Source of the DNA: the human T2T-CHM13v2.0 reference genome, Homo sapiens
Reading direction: 5' to 3' (one strand)
Assembly (NCBI RefSeq): GCF_009914755.1
Contig: NC_060934.1
Length of the DNA: 64,000 nt
Below, in pieces: positions 29,261 to 46,221 of the stretch (the stretch's first letter is position 1; every line of letters starts with the position of its first letter). Both the position numbers and the translations under genes were made by a program. The notes under the pieces were generated by a model. That model made no database searches. It saw nothing but the letters and a program-made list of their open reading frames with translations, and had not been told where the DNA came from.

Positions 29261-30044
29261 ATATCTGAAACTGATAAATTAAAAAGACCAAAATAGAACA
29301 TGGAAGATTTCAACAGACAAGTAAAAACTTAATATATGTAAAAGCCTACACTATCCAAAATAGATAATATACATTCCTATCTAGAACATATGGAATATCA
29401 CCAGATTTTCATGTACCAGTTCATAAAGTCTCAAAAATTTCAAATAATTTATACCATACAAATTACATTGTCAGAAAAAATGAAGTTAATTTAGAAATCA
29501 AAATAAAAGATTTATAATCCAAACAAAAAGTGATACTTAAACATGTATTTATAAAGGACTCATTCTTAAAAAGGAACTCACAGTTAAACCGGCCAAATAT
29601 TTAGGAGTAAATGAAAATTAAATATTATACAGAAAAATTTATGGAATTCAGCCAAAATGATACACTGCTAAATAAATGTATAGCATTAATTACAACTATT
29701 ACAAAATAAGAAAGCCTTGACTTCAAGAAGCTAGAAAAATAAATAAAAAATATGTAATATATAATTTATATTATAAATAATATAAATATATATAGTATAT
29801 AAATAACACATAAAATAAAATATAAAAATTAAAATAACAAAAGAGTATACCTAGAGAAAATAGAAAGAAACAAATATTAAAAATAGGAACATATTTTAAT
29901 AAAATGAGAAAGATAGCACATCAGAATACCTGAAATACGATTCTTTAAAAACACTAAATCTACAAATAAACACTTCTTGAAATACTGACAGAGAAAAAAT
30001 AGAATTGACAAAGATAAAATGAGAGTTAAAAATCAAGAGTAGAC

Positions 30045-31702
<1,658 letters not shown>

Positions 31703-31959
31703 AAGAGGACACATTTTAACACTTTATGCAAATTTATTCCAAAGCTTTAATAAAAATAATAACCTCATGGAATTCCATATATCCTCGTATTCTCAAAAAG
31801 AAATTTTAAAATCTTAATAATCCAAAATCATTAATGAAATTCGATGTTAAAAACCACAAATAAAATAGAAAACATATGCCATTTTGAAGTTAAACTTCAT
31901 TATATGCCCATGGAACAGATAATCTCTTATACATGCTATGCTAGAAAATAGATAAAAAT

Positions 31960-32133
31960 CTTTTGTTGTTGTTGTTGTTGTTTTTGTTTGTTTGTTTGGT
32001 TGTTTTTTTTTTTTTTTTGGATACAGGGTTTCGTCATGTTGCCCAGGCTGGTCTCAAACTCCTGAGCTCAAGCGATCTGCTCACCTGGCCTTCTCAAAGT
32101 GCTGGGATTGCAGGCTGGAGCCACTGTGCCAGG
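31960..32133 (-). mobile_element. FLAM / Alu left monomer
   Basis: Single monomer with (TTG)n/T tail; TSD taaaaatctt. Confidence 0.88.
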
Positions 32134-33329
32134 TAAAAATCTTAATTAGTATCAATCTTTACTGTAATTTCAAAAACATAGGTAATCAAGAAGCATGCAA
32201 CAAGGAGAGGAGGGTCTTGGATTTCCCGCATTGCCGTCCAGAGCCTTCTACCCAGACCCACTTCTCTGGCTCAGAGTTCTAAGGAAGCCACTAATGAGGT
32301 ATACACATTCTTACCTCCCACGGCTGGGAGCATGTAGGTTGTGAAACATCACCAGATAGTTCCTATAGTTTACATACAATCTCTCTGCCTCACAAATCCG
32401 TAGATTCTAGGTTTTCTTACTACAGATGATCTTCAATTACAAACATCTTGCTAAGAGCATTATAAAAACTAAGAACTCTCAGCAGCTATCATCAACCTGT
32501 TTATCAGGATATCCAGTTATTAGTATATTTATGAAAATTTATGAACATGAGGTCACCTATCTTCTTTCCCTGGGAGGAAGAATGACAGTACAGCTACTTT
32601 AACTCCTTCCTGCCCAGTTGCCATACTGATTTTATGCGGCTGATATATACTTGAAGGACTGTACAGACAAGTATCATACAAGAAAAGGAAATATTGAGAT
32701 CAAACTCAATTATAAACATAAGCACAAAAAATGTAAATAAAATGCTAGCAAATTAATATAGCAATACTTTTAATTAGGTAGCAAAACAAATATGGATTTA
32801 TTCCAGGAATGCAAGATAATTCAATGTTAACAAACCACATTTAAAAATTAAACATTTTTGAGCATTATCTCAATAGGTTCAGAAAAACCACTCCATAAAA
32901 GTCAAAACATCATGTGTGTATCTAACAAAACACTAATGACAAAATATATTTTTCAAATCCCTACACATTGTTTCTTACATGCAGGTTTGAAACATTTTTA
33001 TTTACTCAATGTTTATTAAAATAATTTTTAAAACTTATAAGGAAAGAAACAGTCAATTTACAGAAGAGCTATGAATGGCAAAAAAATAAAATAAAGGATG
33101 GTCAATCTTACTACCAATAGGAGAAATGCAAATTAAAACAAGGGATCTGATCAGCAGGATAATGTTTACTAGAATTAAAGATATGCATACTTTGAAACCA
33201 ACAATTCCACTTTTAGATGTTACTCTAAATAAATGCTTTTATATTTGTACAAGGAGAGCTGTACAAGTATATTCATTGCAGCATTGGTGGTAATATTTAA
33301 AAATTAGAGAGAAGTCAACAAGAGGAGGT

Positions 33330-34012
<683 letters not shown>

Positions 34013-34652
34013 GGGACAGTGGAATATTCCATTTACATCTCCTGGGCAAGTTAGACACGTTTGCATGTTTTAGGATGCACAGCTTGGCAGATATTATCCA
34101 ATAACCCAAAACCTATATGAAAAAGAGGAGTGGTAAATTTCCTTTGGAAATGTGTATAAGTAATTTCCCTTGGACAATCCCTGCCCCAAGTCCACAGAGC
34201 ACCAGTGATTTTGATCTCGTGTTCCTTCCACAACCGTCCTGCTCAGGTGCAAGGAAGTCTTCTCAGTTAGTTAACTTTCTGGTCCACAAGGTAGCTCATC
34301 ATGAATCTCTGCGTATCCCGGATGGAGAACCCATGACTGGTGAATATTCTATGCTTAAAAAATTTTAAATGCCAAAGGAGTATTTTAGCAGCAAAAAGAA
34401 TACCAAACTGAGGAGTTTCTAATTATGAAAATCACTATAGAAATGATTCAAATAAATTCAAAAATAATTCAATAGAACTTTTCAAAATAAACTCATTTAC
34501 CCTTGAATTTCTAATCTAACATATAAACGTACCTGCTAGAAAATAAACATTCAATAAGAAAAATATAAAAGAATCTTAGGTAGTAAGTTGATTATAGGCA
34601 GCAGCTTAAACATAATTTATGTATAATTTTTTAATTTTGTGAAATATTTTCA

Positions 34653-35016
<364 letters not shown>

Positions 35017-35274
35017 TAGAAAGCCAGATTATCTGGGCCACATATGAACCTCAGAGAACTCCTTCACACTATTTGGATGCTGACCCCAGACTGGAAAACT
35101 GAGTTCATCTAGTGTCAACTTGTCACATAGCTCACCGAGACAACATTTTGTTTTTTAGCAAATTTGGCATCCAAAATATGAAATGCTCAGTTTTTTATTA
35201 TGTCCTTCTCCCCCACTTACCTCTCCCATACTCATAAATAAGCAGCTAATTATCATAGAAAGAGCTCTTGAGTC

Positions 35275-35372
35275 TGTGTGCATGTACATGTGTGTACATG
35301 TGTGTCTGCATGTGTGTATGTGTGTGTATGTGCATGTGGATGTGTGTGTGCATGCGTGTGTGGGATGTGTGG
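35275..35372. repeat. Degenerate (TG)n tract
   Basis: tgtgtgcatgtacatgtgtgtac... Confidence 0.9.
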
Positions 35373-36291
35373 TTTCATTGCATGAGGCAGGATGAGCCAA
35401 ACCTTCCTAATGTTGCAACTGTTCAATCATCTGGGAAAAAAATCCAAAGAAGTCATTTACATTTTCTGTTTAAATAATGCAAACCCTCTCATCAGAAGAT
35501 GACAAATGGTTTATGAGCAGCGTCTCTGACAAACGGTACAAAATCAACCCCAGTTTGAGAATAAACATACATGCTGCACACAGGTCAATAACCCTTCCAG
35601 CATAAGTGAAGAGGGAGTGGAGCTAATTCCACACTGTGCTTGTTTCCTCTCCCAATAGTAACTGGGTAACAGCCGTGTGCTGATTGTGTGGATTTTGTTG
35701 CTAGTTCTCCTCACAAATTGCAAAGCATTGCATTGCCAGAGACAGATTTGATTTCACATTATTTATGCTCATCCTGATTTCCCATTCATTCTTTGCTTAG
35801 ATTCCTTCATTTTAATCTTGCAGATTCTTTATAATCTTTCAGCGTCTATCACTACAGCCTCTCAAATATCACAGGACCTCTACTGAAGGGTAAACTTTTG
35901 AAGAATTAACTTGCTCAATCTTCAACATTTTCCAAGCCAGTTATAGTGCATCCTGACCCCTATAAACATGTGCCACATCCAGGCTAATGTGAGGTGTGCT
36001 TCATTATCAGGTAGGTTCACGTCCTCTAGTACCTCCTTCACCAAGGAGAACTCCATCCTAAGATTTCTGTCATTTGTCACCACAGCAGTGGAGGTTGAGG
36101 TGACTCTCTCTCATGTATTCGCCACACTGTCACCATTCCACATCATTCCATACCATTCCCTATATTCAGGACCAAGGCATTGAACTGAGAGGACTAGGGG
36201 AATAACACCTCATTATTTTGTAGGGCCTAAAATCTGTACCGAATGGTGCTTCACTGCTGGAGCTGGCAAAAAGCTAGATCCTAAATCTTGG

Positions 36292-36311
36292 TGTATTAGG
36301 GTCTTCCAGGT

Positions 36312-36351
<40 letters not shown>

Positions 36352-36771
36352 AAGGACCTGCTCACATGCTTGCTGGCTGAGAAGTCCCAAGATCAGCAGT
36401 CAGTAAGCTGTAGACTCAAGAGAGCTGATGGTGTAAGTTCTAGTCCAAAAGCCAGCATGCTGGAGACCTAAGAAAAATGAATGTTTCAGTTCCAGTCCAA
36501 AGGCAGGAAGAGACTAATGCCCCAGCTCAAGCAGTTAAGCAGAAGGAGTTCCCTCTTACTCAAGAGACATTCAGACTTTCTGTTCTATTCAGGTCTTCAC
36601 CTAGTTGATTGAGGCCCATCCACACTAGGGAGAGCAATCTGCTTTACTCCACTGATTCAAATGTTAATCTTATCCAACAGCACCCTCACAGACACACCCA
36701 GAATAATGTTTGATCAAATATCTAAGCACTCTGCAGCCTGGACAAGTTGACACACAAAATTAATCATCACA
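36292..36771 (-). mobile_element. MLT2 (ERVL) solo LTR containing a (TG)n microsatellite at ~36310-36348
   Basis: tgtattagggt...gagaagtcccaagat...aagttgacacacaaaattaatcatcaca. Confidence 0.85.
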
Positions 36772-36774
36772 CCT

Positions 36775-36945
36775 TGATTTACAATCTAGGCTGTACACTA
36801 GAAGCACTTGAGGGTTTTAAAAATCTGGATGTCAAATTTGTAGCCCAGACCAATTAAATCAGAAGCTCTGGAATGAACCAGACATAAATATGTTTAAAGA
36901 ATACCCAGGCAATTGCAATGTAAGTTCAGGGTTGAGAACCATTGC
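36775..36945. mobile_element. MER5A-like relic
   Basis: cccagaccaattaaatcagaa...gggttgagaaccattg. Confidence 0.7.
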
Positions 36946-38569
36946 CCAAGGGATCACGCTAAATGGAACAACCCTTTTCTTTTTGTACCTGAACAAGACC
37001 TGAGCTGGGTGCAGAAACAGGCTTTGTGTGGAGTTTCTGTTTTCACTATAAATTGTACATGGCAGCAGAGATATGTAGCTCATACAAGTAGGAGTGGTTG
37101 GAAAGTGAAGTTTCCGGTGCAAAAGTGCATGTTACTAGCAACAGTAGTGGTCGCAGTGGAGTCAATGGCATTTACACCCTGGTTGGTGGTTTCCTCAATA
37201 GGCCAATTCTTGAACTTTGTTCTTGAAAGCTTAGCCTTTTTCTGTTTCCCTAGCTCTCTGAATGATTAAGAGGGCTAATTAACATTTTCAAATAAAGACC
37301 TTTTCTCTATGAATCCTAATCTGGGATAAATGTCCCTCCCCTGTGCTCCTAATATGTCTTCCTTTGTTTTTAATGTATCAATTATCAATTGCATTAGTTT
37401 AACAGGATATATCTATAAATTTGTTTTTACTGCTCACCAATAAGCTACTCCAGGGAAAGGATTATTTATTATTCATTTTTGAGCCCCCACTGCCTAGTCC
37501 AGTGCCTGGTTTACATAACGAGCATTTAGCGAATATTTTCTAAATGGAACTGAATATTCCTCTCATAGTTCTGATCACAGTCATCTCATACATGAGTTTT
37601 TACTGGCACACTGTAAACTCCTTGAGGGTTAAAGCAAGTTTCATCATTGTTTCATCATTGTATTCCTACAGTTGTGTAGAATTAAAGATAATCATTGTTT
37701 AAGTAATGACCCCATCGAGGCATAATTTTAAAGTTCCAACACAGACAAGGCAATGATACGTTAAGAGGTAAAATTCTCATATGGCAAAGTTTTCTAGAAT
37801 AAGTAACTACAGTGTTTCAGCTTTGTACAGACTAAATTCTTTAAAAATTTTTAGAATAACTAATTAGATCAATAAATCAAGTGTAAAGTTCACTAACTTG
37901 AAGAGAGAAAAGTTTTGGAATCCTACTGATGCTAACTGTAAAGTATTTAACCTTGGGAAAACCACTGAAAATTGTCAGCCTCTTTCATCACCTAGGAGAA
38001 ATTCTATCAGTTCCAGAAACTGCCCATTTCTTTCACACCTTAGGTCCTTTGCAGCACCCCATACCTTTATCTCTCTCTCAATTATGTTGCCTTCTATTAC
38101 ACCCTGTCTATTCTTCCTTTGTCGTGTCAATCACAACCACAATGTCACACTGTTTTATCTTTTTCTGTTCTTATTTTTCTCCTCAACTTAAAAGAGGGCA
38201 AGAATATTCTCTATATTGATGTTCTTATTTTTGTGGTGCCTCAAATGGTCCCTGGCATATAGTAAGTAGTGTCAATAAATATTTATTAAAAGAATGTATG
38301 TAAGTTTAAAAACATACTTTAGGTAAGTAAATCTGCTAGGTCACTACAAGAAACAAACAGACATGAATAAGAGGAAAGCAGCAGGCTGATTGAATATTCT
38401 TCCATCATATTTCTACAGTTTATCTCCCTCCTGTGTTTGCAGATGCCTCCTCCTACCTCTTCACAGCTGCCATCAGCCCAGGAAAACCTTCAACTCAGTT
38501 AAGTACCAAGACACCTGCCCAAGATGGAGATGAGAAACAAAAAAAGGTGAGCCCTATGATTGCCCCAAT

Positions 38570-40610
38570 TTACAGCCTAGAGAGTGATTCTAAACAGTGG
38601 ATCAGGGAGAAGGAACCCAATCAGAGCCTGGTAAACCCCACAAATTGAGGAGTTGGATCTGAGAGTCTGGAGAGACAAAGGCAGCCAGAGTTCCTAGGAT
38701 GTGAACAGAGAGTAGCACAGTGGAGAGAGCTGCACAGAGAAAGAACTTTTCAGAGCTGCAGAGGGTTCCTCTATAGAACTCGGCAGAGTTCTAATCAGCA
38801 CAAAGCATGCAGAAAAAGCTACCTGACGCCAAGAAAGAAACACCGAAAAGGACAGAGGGAACAATATCTGATACTCACACACAAAACTATAATTGTGCTT
38901 GTTCCTACCAGTCGGACTGCAAGACATAATTCACAGGGAATCCAATATTGTACTTAGAAGCCTTTTGTCTCAGTCATGGGGACTAACTAGCTTTAGGCTA
39001 AACAGTGCTCTAAACCTGTCTCACAAAATTTAAAAGCAAGACCTGAAAGGACCAAACTGTGTCCAAGGATAAAGCTCAAGATTATTTACAGAAACCTAAA
39101 AATATCAAACATTATGCAAAGTAAAATTCACACTCTCTGGCAGCCAAAGGACAATCAGACATTCAAAAAGCAAGAAAATATTATTTATAACAAGGAGAAA
39201 TGATGTAAATGAAATTGATCCATAAATGACACTTGTTAAAATTTGCAGATAAAGACACTAAAATAGTTAACTATAACAGTATTCCTTATATGAAAATATT
39301 AAGTAGGGACATAGGGAATATAAAAAATTAAACTTCTAGAGATGTCAGTTATAATGCCTGAGATGAAAACAGTGAATGGGAAAAATGGCAGATAAGATAT
39401 TAAAGAAGAAAATATCAGTGATTCTAAGACATAGAAATAAAATTACTTAGAATTAAACACAGAGAAGAAAATAATATGTACGTATCAACAGAACATTAGT
39501 GAGTCATGGCGCAACTTCAAACAGCCTAATATATGTGTTATTAAAGACCTGAAGAAGAAGACATAAGGAGGGCACAGCAAAAAATTGAAGAAATAATTAC
39601 TGTAATTTTCCCAAATTTGATGGAATCTATAAACTCACTGATTCAAGATGCTCAGCAAAACCCAAGTACAAGAAAAATAAAGAAAACTATACCAAAATAC
39701 ATTGTAATCAAATGGCTCAAAACTAGTGACAAAAACATAATCTTTAAATCACACACACTACATACAGAGGCACTAAAGATAAGAATGAGAGCACATTTTT
39801 CATCAGAAGCAATGTAAGTGAAAAGACAGCGTAGTAACACTTTCAGCATCCTGAAAGAAAGAAAACATTGTCAACCTGAAAGTCTATAACCAGCAAAAAA
39901 TATCTGTCAAATGCAAGAGTTGCAAGAATTCACTAACAGGAAATCAGCACTAAAATAAATGTTAAGAGAAGTGATTTAGGCAGAAGGAAAATGATACTGG
40001 ACCTACATAGAAGAATGAAGAGCACCTTAAGTGGTAACTACATAGGTGAAAATAAACAATTTTTTCTTTTATTTAATTCTCATTAAAAAAATCAATTAAC
40101 CAAAAATAATAAGAATGTACAGGGGAATTATAATATATGTATACGTAAGATAAATGATACCAATAGCATAAAGACCAGAAGGTAAAAAATGGAAATATAC
40201 AGCTGTAAGTTTCTTCACTATCAATGAAATAGTAGAAGGAAGGAAGACTATCAAAAGTTAAATATGCACACTGAAAACACAAATGCAACCACTAAAATAA
40301 GGAAACATATATGCCTAATAAGACAACAATGGAGATAAAATGGAATCATGGAAAAACATTCAAATAATCAAGAGAAAGTAGAAAAGGAGGGAGATAGAAA
40401 AAAACAGGTGAAACAATAGAAAACAACTACCAAGTTGATAGACTTAAACCTAACCATATCAATAATCACATAAAATATAAATGTTCTAAAGACTCCAGTT
40501 GAAAGGCAAAGGTTGTCAGGTTGAGTAAATACCCAAGACCCTACTCTATGCTACCTGTAAAAGAAAACAGAACATTAAATATAAAAACACAAATAGGTTA
40601 AACATTTAAA
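38570..40610 (+). mobile_element. Old L1M 5' UTR/ORF1 to ORF2-start fragment
   Basis: ttttcccaaatttgatg...attcaagatgctcagcaaaaccc; cttaaacctaaccatatcaataatcaca. Confidence 0.75.
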
Positions 40611-40619
40611 AATGGAGAG

Positions 40620-42138
40620 TGATATTGGCAGGAATGGTAGACTAAGAACCTCTAACAATCCTGTCCTCCATAAAAGCAATAAGATCAAATTTATCAAAAT
40701 CACCTTTTTTAGAACTATAGAAATTAAGCAAAAGCTTGCAACAATCTAGCAAGTAGACATTTAAGAAAATGGCAGAATCTCTATAATAACAGTAAGTTTT
40801 ATGGCTTTTTAGCTTGCCCTGTCTCCTTCTCCCTCTTACTAGATCTGTAGGTAGCCTTGAAAAACAAGAGCCCTACAGTCACGGCAAAACAGTAGCCTAA
40901 AAGCCACTGGACAGCACAGTTCAGGTTTGCAGGTCCTTCAAATCCCCATTCCCAAAAATTGGCATTATTTGAGTTGTTTGGAATCCCCTGGAAAATCCTA
41001 TTACAAGGCATTTGTATTAGCCTGACTGACATCTCACTCAGTAAAAAGAATCTTTTCACCATAAGCATTTGATAAAAACAAACAAACAAACAACAACAAC
41101 AACAAAACAGAGACAGTTGTTTAACAAAACAGTTTCCTGAGGGAGTGATAACAGTTTGGGCAAACAAGAAACTCACCAAAAAACTTTAAAAGTTGAGCAA
41201 TGACATGTCCATATTTGGGCTTTGAAAACCTTTCACATATTCCTGAAAATCTAAAGACCACATGCATTGAAGGGCTGTGCACATGCCCAGAAAAGAACTC
41301 AGAAGCCCTTAAGCTCTTACCTGTGACTGACCTTGAGGTTCTGCATGAGCAGGAAGCAAAGGCTAAGGTGGAGTTGTAAACTGCCTGCCTGACCATTGAA
41401 GGAGTACCCCAACACTCACACAGAGACCTCAGCAAAAGATGGGAGAATTATTGGTTTCAGTAATATAAGGACACCTTTGTCCAATCATTGATCACCAAGC
41501 TAACTGAGCAGAGACTTCAGTGGCCACACATGAAAAGGAATACAGACTTAAAGAATGTGTACAGGAATGTCACTAAACAAACAAATAGCAACAACAAACT
41601 CTGGGAAGGGAAGTCACCACCTTTTTTTTTTTAATTTTTATTTTTTGAGACAGAATCTCACTCTGTCACCCAGGCTAGAGTACAGTGACACAATCAGAGT
41701 TCACGGCAGCCTTGACCTTCCAGGCTCAAGCAATCCTTCCACCTCACTCCTCCAAGTAGCTGGGACTGCAAGCATGTGTCACCACACTCTGCCAATTTAT
41801 ATTATTTTAAATGTTCAATCTATAACTAAGAAATTACGGCATGTAAAGAAAAAAAGAAAGAGTGATTAATATGCAGCAAAAAAAAAAAAAAAAAAAAAAA
41901 AACTCAATAGAACCTGTCCCTGAGAAAGCCCAGGCATTGGACTTACTAGACGAAGACTTAAAATCAGCTATTTTATTTATGTTCAAAGAACGAAAGAAAA
42001 CCATGTCTCAGAAATATGAGATCAACATTTAACTAAGTAGAGAATAGCAATAAAAGGATAGAAATATTTTCTACAGCCAAACAGAAATTCTGGAGTTAAA
42101 AAGTAAAACAACTAACAAGAAAAATCCCCTGGAGGGTA
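40620..42138 (+). mobile_element. Second old L1M 5'-end fragment
   Basis: cctgtccctgagaaagcccaggcattggacttactagac; agaaattctggagttaaaaagta. Confidence 0.7.
41622..41792 (-). mobile_element. AluJ right arm / FRAM
   Basis: ttttgagacagaatctcactctgtcacccaggct...caggctcaagcaatcc. Confidence 0.85.
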
Positions 42139-42139
42139 G

Positions 42140-42558
42140 CTCTCAATGGGCTAAAGTGACACAATGTGACTTCTGAGGCCAGATTATACAAGAGGATACA
42201 GCTTCTTCCTGGTTCTCTTGGGGCATTTCCCTCTTGGAACCCATGTGCTGTGAGGAAGCCAAAACCACCACATGAAGAATCAGTGTTTAGGCCCTCTGGT
42301 CAGTCACCCCAGTGGAGATTCCACCTAACAGCAACATCAACCACCAGTCACGGGAATCAATGATCCTTTAGATAAGCTTAGTTTCCCAGGTATCAAATCT
42401 TCCCCACTGGTGTTGCAGGTACTGTGGAACAGAGACAAGCTGTTCCCACAGCCACTTTCCGAATGCAAAACCTACAGTATATACAAGCATAATAAAATGT
42501 TTGCATCATATCTCTGACATTTCAGGTAATTTTTTACGCAGCAATAGTAAGCAGAACA
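42140..42558 (+). mobile_element. MLT1 (MaLR) LTR fragment
   Basis: tgtgacttctgaggc...ccatgtgctgtgaggaagcc...ttacgcagcaatagtaagcagaaca. Confidence 0.75.
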
Positions 42559-43846
42559 GGAAGCCAGGCAATCATTGTCTTCATTGATTTCCATTCACAG
42601 GAGTCTGTTATTATTCTCAAAATTATTGTGAAGATATTTTCACTGGGGAAGAAACTCAGAAGAGCAAACTTTATAGCATGTTTCTGAAGAGGCTGTACCC
42701 AGGAAATCCATTGACAGAGTGTGTTATGAATTCAACAGATTGGTGCTATGGCAATGAATCAACATAGAAACCAAATTGGATGCTTTCAATTAAAAATTCA
42801 AAATCACAAATTCTTTCAGGAACCCCTAAAGTGAATTAATTCATGAAGCTAATATTTATTGACCCATAAGAACATTTTTTAAAGCAGTGCCACTATTTTA
42901 TTAATTACCATAAAATTGAAAACAAAAAGCAGATAAATCAATATCCTTAGTTTCTACGAAGTACAACACTTTATAGTAAATTTAACTTTATTTTCTTTAG
43001 AATATTTTCTCTTGTATATTTAATTCCAAGCTCAAAATAATCATACCTTCGCCCTCACAGGTGCAGCTGAGTTGAAAATACATAGATGTCACTTTGGTTT
43101 TCCTGCTTAGTAAGAAAAGCACATATTCAGAAAGTGAAGTCATAATTCTCCAGCTCAGTTCAATATAAATTTATTGAGCACCTACTAAGAAGATGGCAGC
43201 AGATGGCTTCATTTTCTCTGGCTATGTTTACCTCTCTGCAGATATCTTCACATAGTCAACCTTCTGATAGGAATGAAGGTGAAAGGGAAGTTCACTGAAA
43301 TAAATGTAATGGTACAGCCAATGGACGCATTCTTAGGCACAGTCTCTAACTGGATGTAATCTACCCAGGACAAATGGTACAGCTTTTTAGAAGAAACCAG
43401 CTCACTCAGTTAAATAAACCTTTGGGGCTAATGGCTTCCCTCAGTCTCCTCATTGTTTCCCTGAATTAATGGAACTGCCTGGTTATTTTGGTATCACATA
43501 AATCCGTTCTCTTCATCCTTATCATGCCAGAGATAAAACCGTTCCATGTTAATTTATACAGCCATGCCAGGCTAACAAAAAGAAACGCATTACAGTTCTT
43601 GAAACTCTGTAAGCCCAGAAGCATAAACGATTTTTTCAATCATCATTTCTCCACAGGCAAAAAAATAACAATGTACTGGAAAGAACTAATTAAGGGGGCT
43701 GAGACATGATTCAAGTCAGGTCATTGCCATGAACTAGCTCTATGACCTAAGAGAAGGCCTCCTCTTCCTTATTTTTGTTCTGACTTTATGATTCTGAACT
43801 ACTTAGCAGTGTCACTCTGGTTAAATACATATGCCATTGCTTATGA

Positions 43847-44184
<338 letters not shown>

Positions 44185-45093
44185 AAGATGAAGTTTCTTT
44201 TTGTGAAACCTGAGTCATAAGATTTTAATTATTGATCCAAGTAAGTGAATGCTGGGGCTAAACAAACGTGCTTTTAGACTTGGCTTCCAAAGAAGCTGCT
44301 TATATTTGGCGATTCATAGGAAGTTACATTGCAGAATTAATGAAAATCATGGAGCTAGTTTTGACTTTACTGCTGTGACTACTGGCTCGCATGGTACTTT
44401 TAGTTGCAGTGATTCTTTTTGTTGCTTTGGGTAACATTTCTTAGCTTTTATGATTTGGTTTGAGAGAATAGAAGAGAAAATAAACTAATATATACCAAGT
44501 GAATAACACTCGCTGAGCAACAAATCTGTTTCTGGAGAAGAAGAAAAAAAAAACCTCACTACTTTCCTGTTTTCAAAATAACTCTGTGGAACACAGATCG
44601 TTTTCCCAAAGCCAATTAGATCAATAAGTAAAAAATCTGAGACCTGACCTGGGCCTCCTCTGTGGCCACAGAGTTCATTTCCACTCTGCAATGTACAATG
44701 ATATTGGCACAATATTGGAACAAACATTGACCTTGATACAATTTCCTTTCTTCATACTATGTCACCAGAAGGCTTATTTCTGGAGCTCTAAATTCCATAA
44801 TATTGACATAATTTGTTGATCAGATGAGATTATTGATTGATATGATATACTGATTCCCATTAAAACAAAAACTGCTATAGCAGAACATAGTAAGCAACTA
44901 ATGATGCCCATTTTCATTTCATCTTTGTGTGCATTTTATCAGTTCTGTTCCAGTGAACACTTCAATAAATGTGTATGTTGGAATATTGGAAATGGTCTTA
45001 TAAAAGCACTTTACAAAGTGATGGGGACACATAGATGTTTCTGGACTGGAAGGATTCATGGTCTAGAAGGTACTAAGAGAATATAAATCATTA

Positions 45094-45228
45094 AGCCAGG
45101 CACAGTGGCTACCACCTGTAATCCCAGTTACTCGAAAGGCTGAGGCAAGGGGATCACTGAGCTCAGGAGTTCAAGACTAGCCTGGGCAACACAGTGAGGC
45201 CCCATCTCTAAAAAAGAAGAAAGAATGA
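45094..45228 (+). mobile_element. FLAM monomer
   Basis: Single monomer; TSD aatataaatcatt. Confidence 0.88.
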
Positions 45229-45332
45229 AATATAAATCATTCCTCTGTAATGGTTCACACTCAAAGGTCTACAATAAAATAATATAGAAAGCCATGTAGA
45301 GACACAGAAGAGTCCAAGAAAGTTTCAAACTA

Positions 45333-45651
<319 letters not shown>

Positions 45652-45904
45652 GTTTCAAAGTAAATGACAACAGAGGTCATTGGAGGATTGAAATACATGC
45701 TGTTGCGTCTCTCATGAAGAAATGTAAAACAAACAAACCTGTATTCCCCAGGGTTGAGAGTCTCAAGAGGGGAAAAAAATGACCTCAAGTTGGGTATTTT
45801 GAAAATATAATGTAGGGACAATTTAGAAAGCATGGGCAGATATAGGAACCCACTAAGGACGTTATAGTCATCAGGACTAATTATAGTCCTACGATACATC
45901 AACA

Positions 45905-46221
45905 CCTCTAGGCCTGAATGGGGAAAAGGAAAGAGTGGTTCTTGAATACGCAGAGAGCATCACAGACATAACTGTGCCCCCAGTGAAGGGAGGCAGCCCA
46001 CTATTTGTGACTGCGTTTGGAAAGAAGCATGAAAATAAACTCCTCCATCTCACTCTTCCCTCTCTCCCTTTAATCTCTTGCTGGAACTCCCTATTGGCCA
46101 AACTCAACCAGAAGCCAGAGATTAAAGGAACCAGTTGATGTAGCTTGAACAATCCAGCCTCTTATAACAGAAAGGAGGGTAGAAAATGAATCTGGATGGG
46201 CAAATTGAAAGTATTCAGACA
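45905..46221 (-). mobile_element. LTR33-like ERVL LTR fragment
   Basis: ctccctattggccaaactcaaccagaagccagag...atgaatctggatgggcaaa. Confidence 0.6.

Noticed and set aside
35155-35477. Cys/Val/His/Thr-rich ORFs
   Set aside because: Translations of the degenerate (TG)n tract
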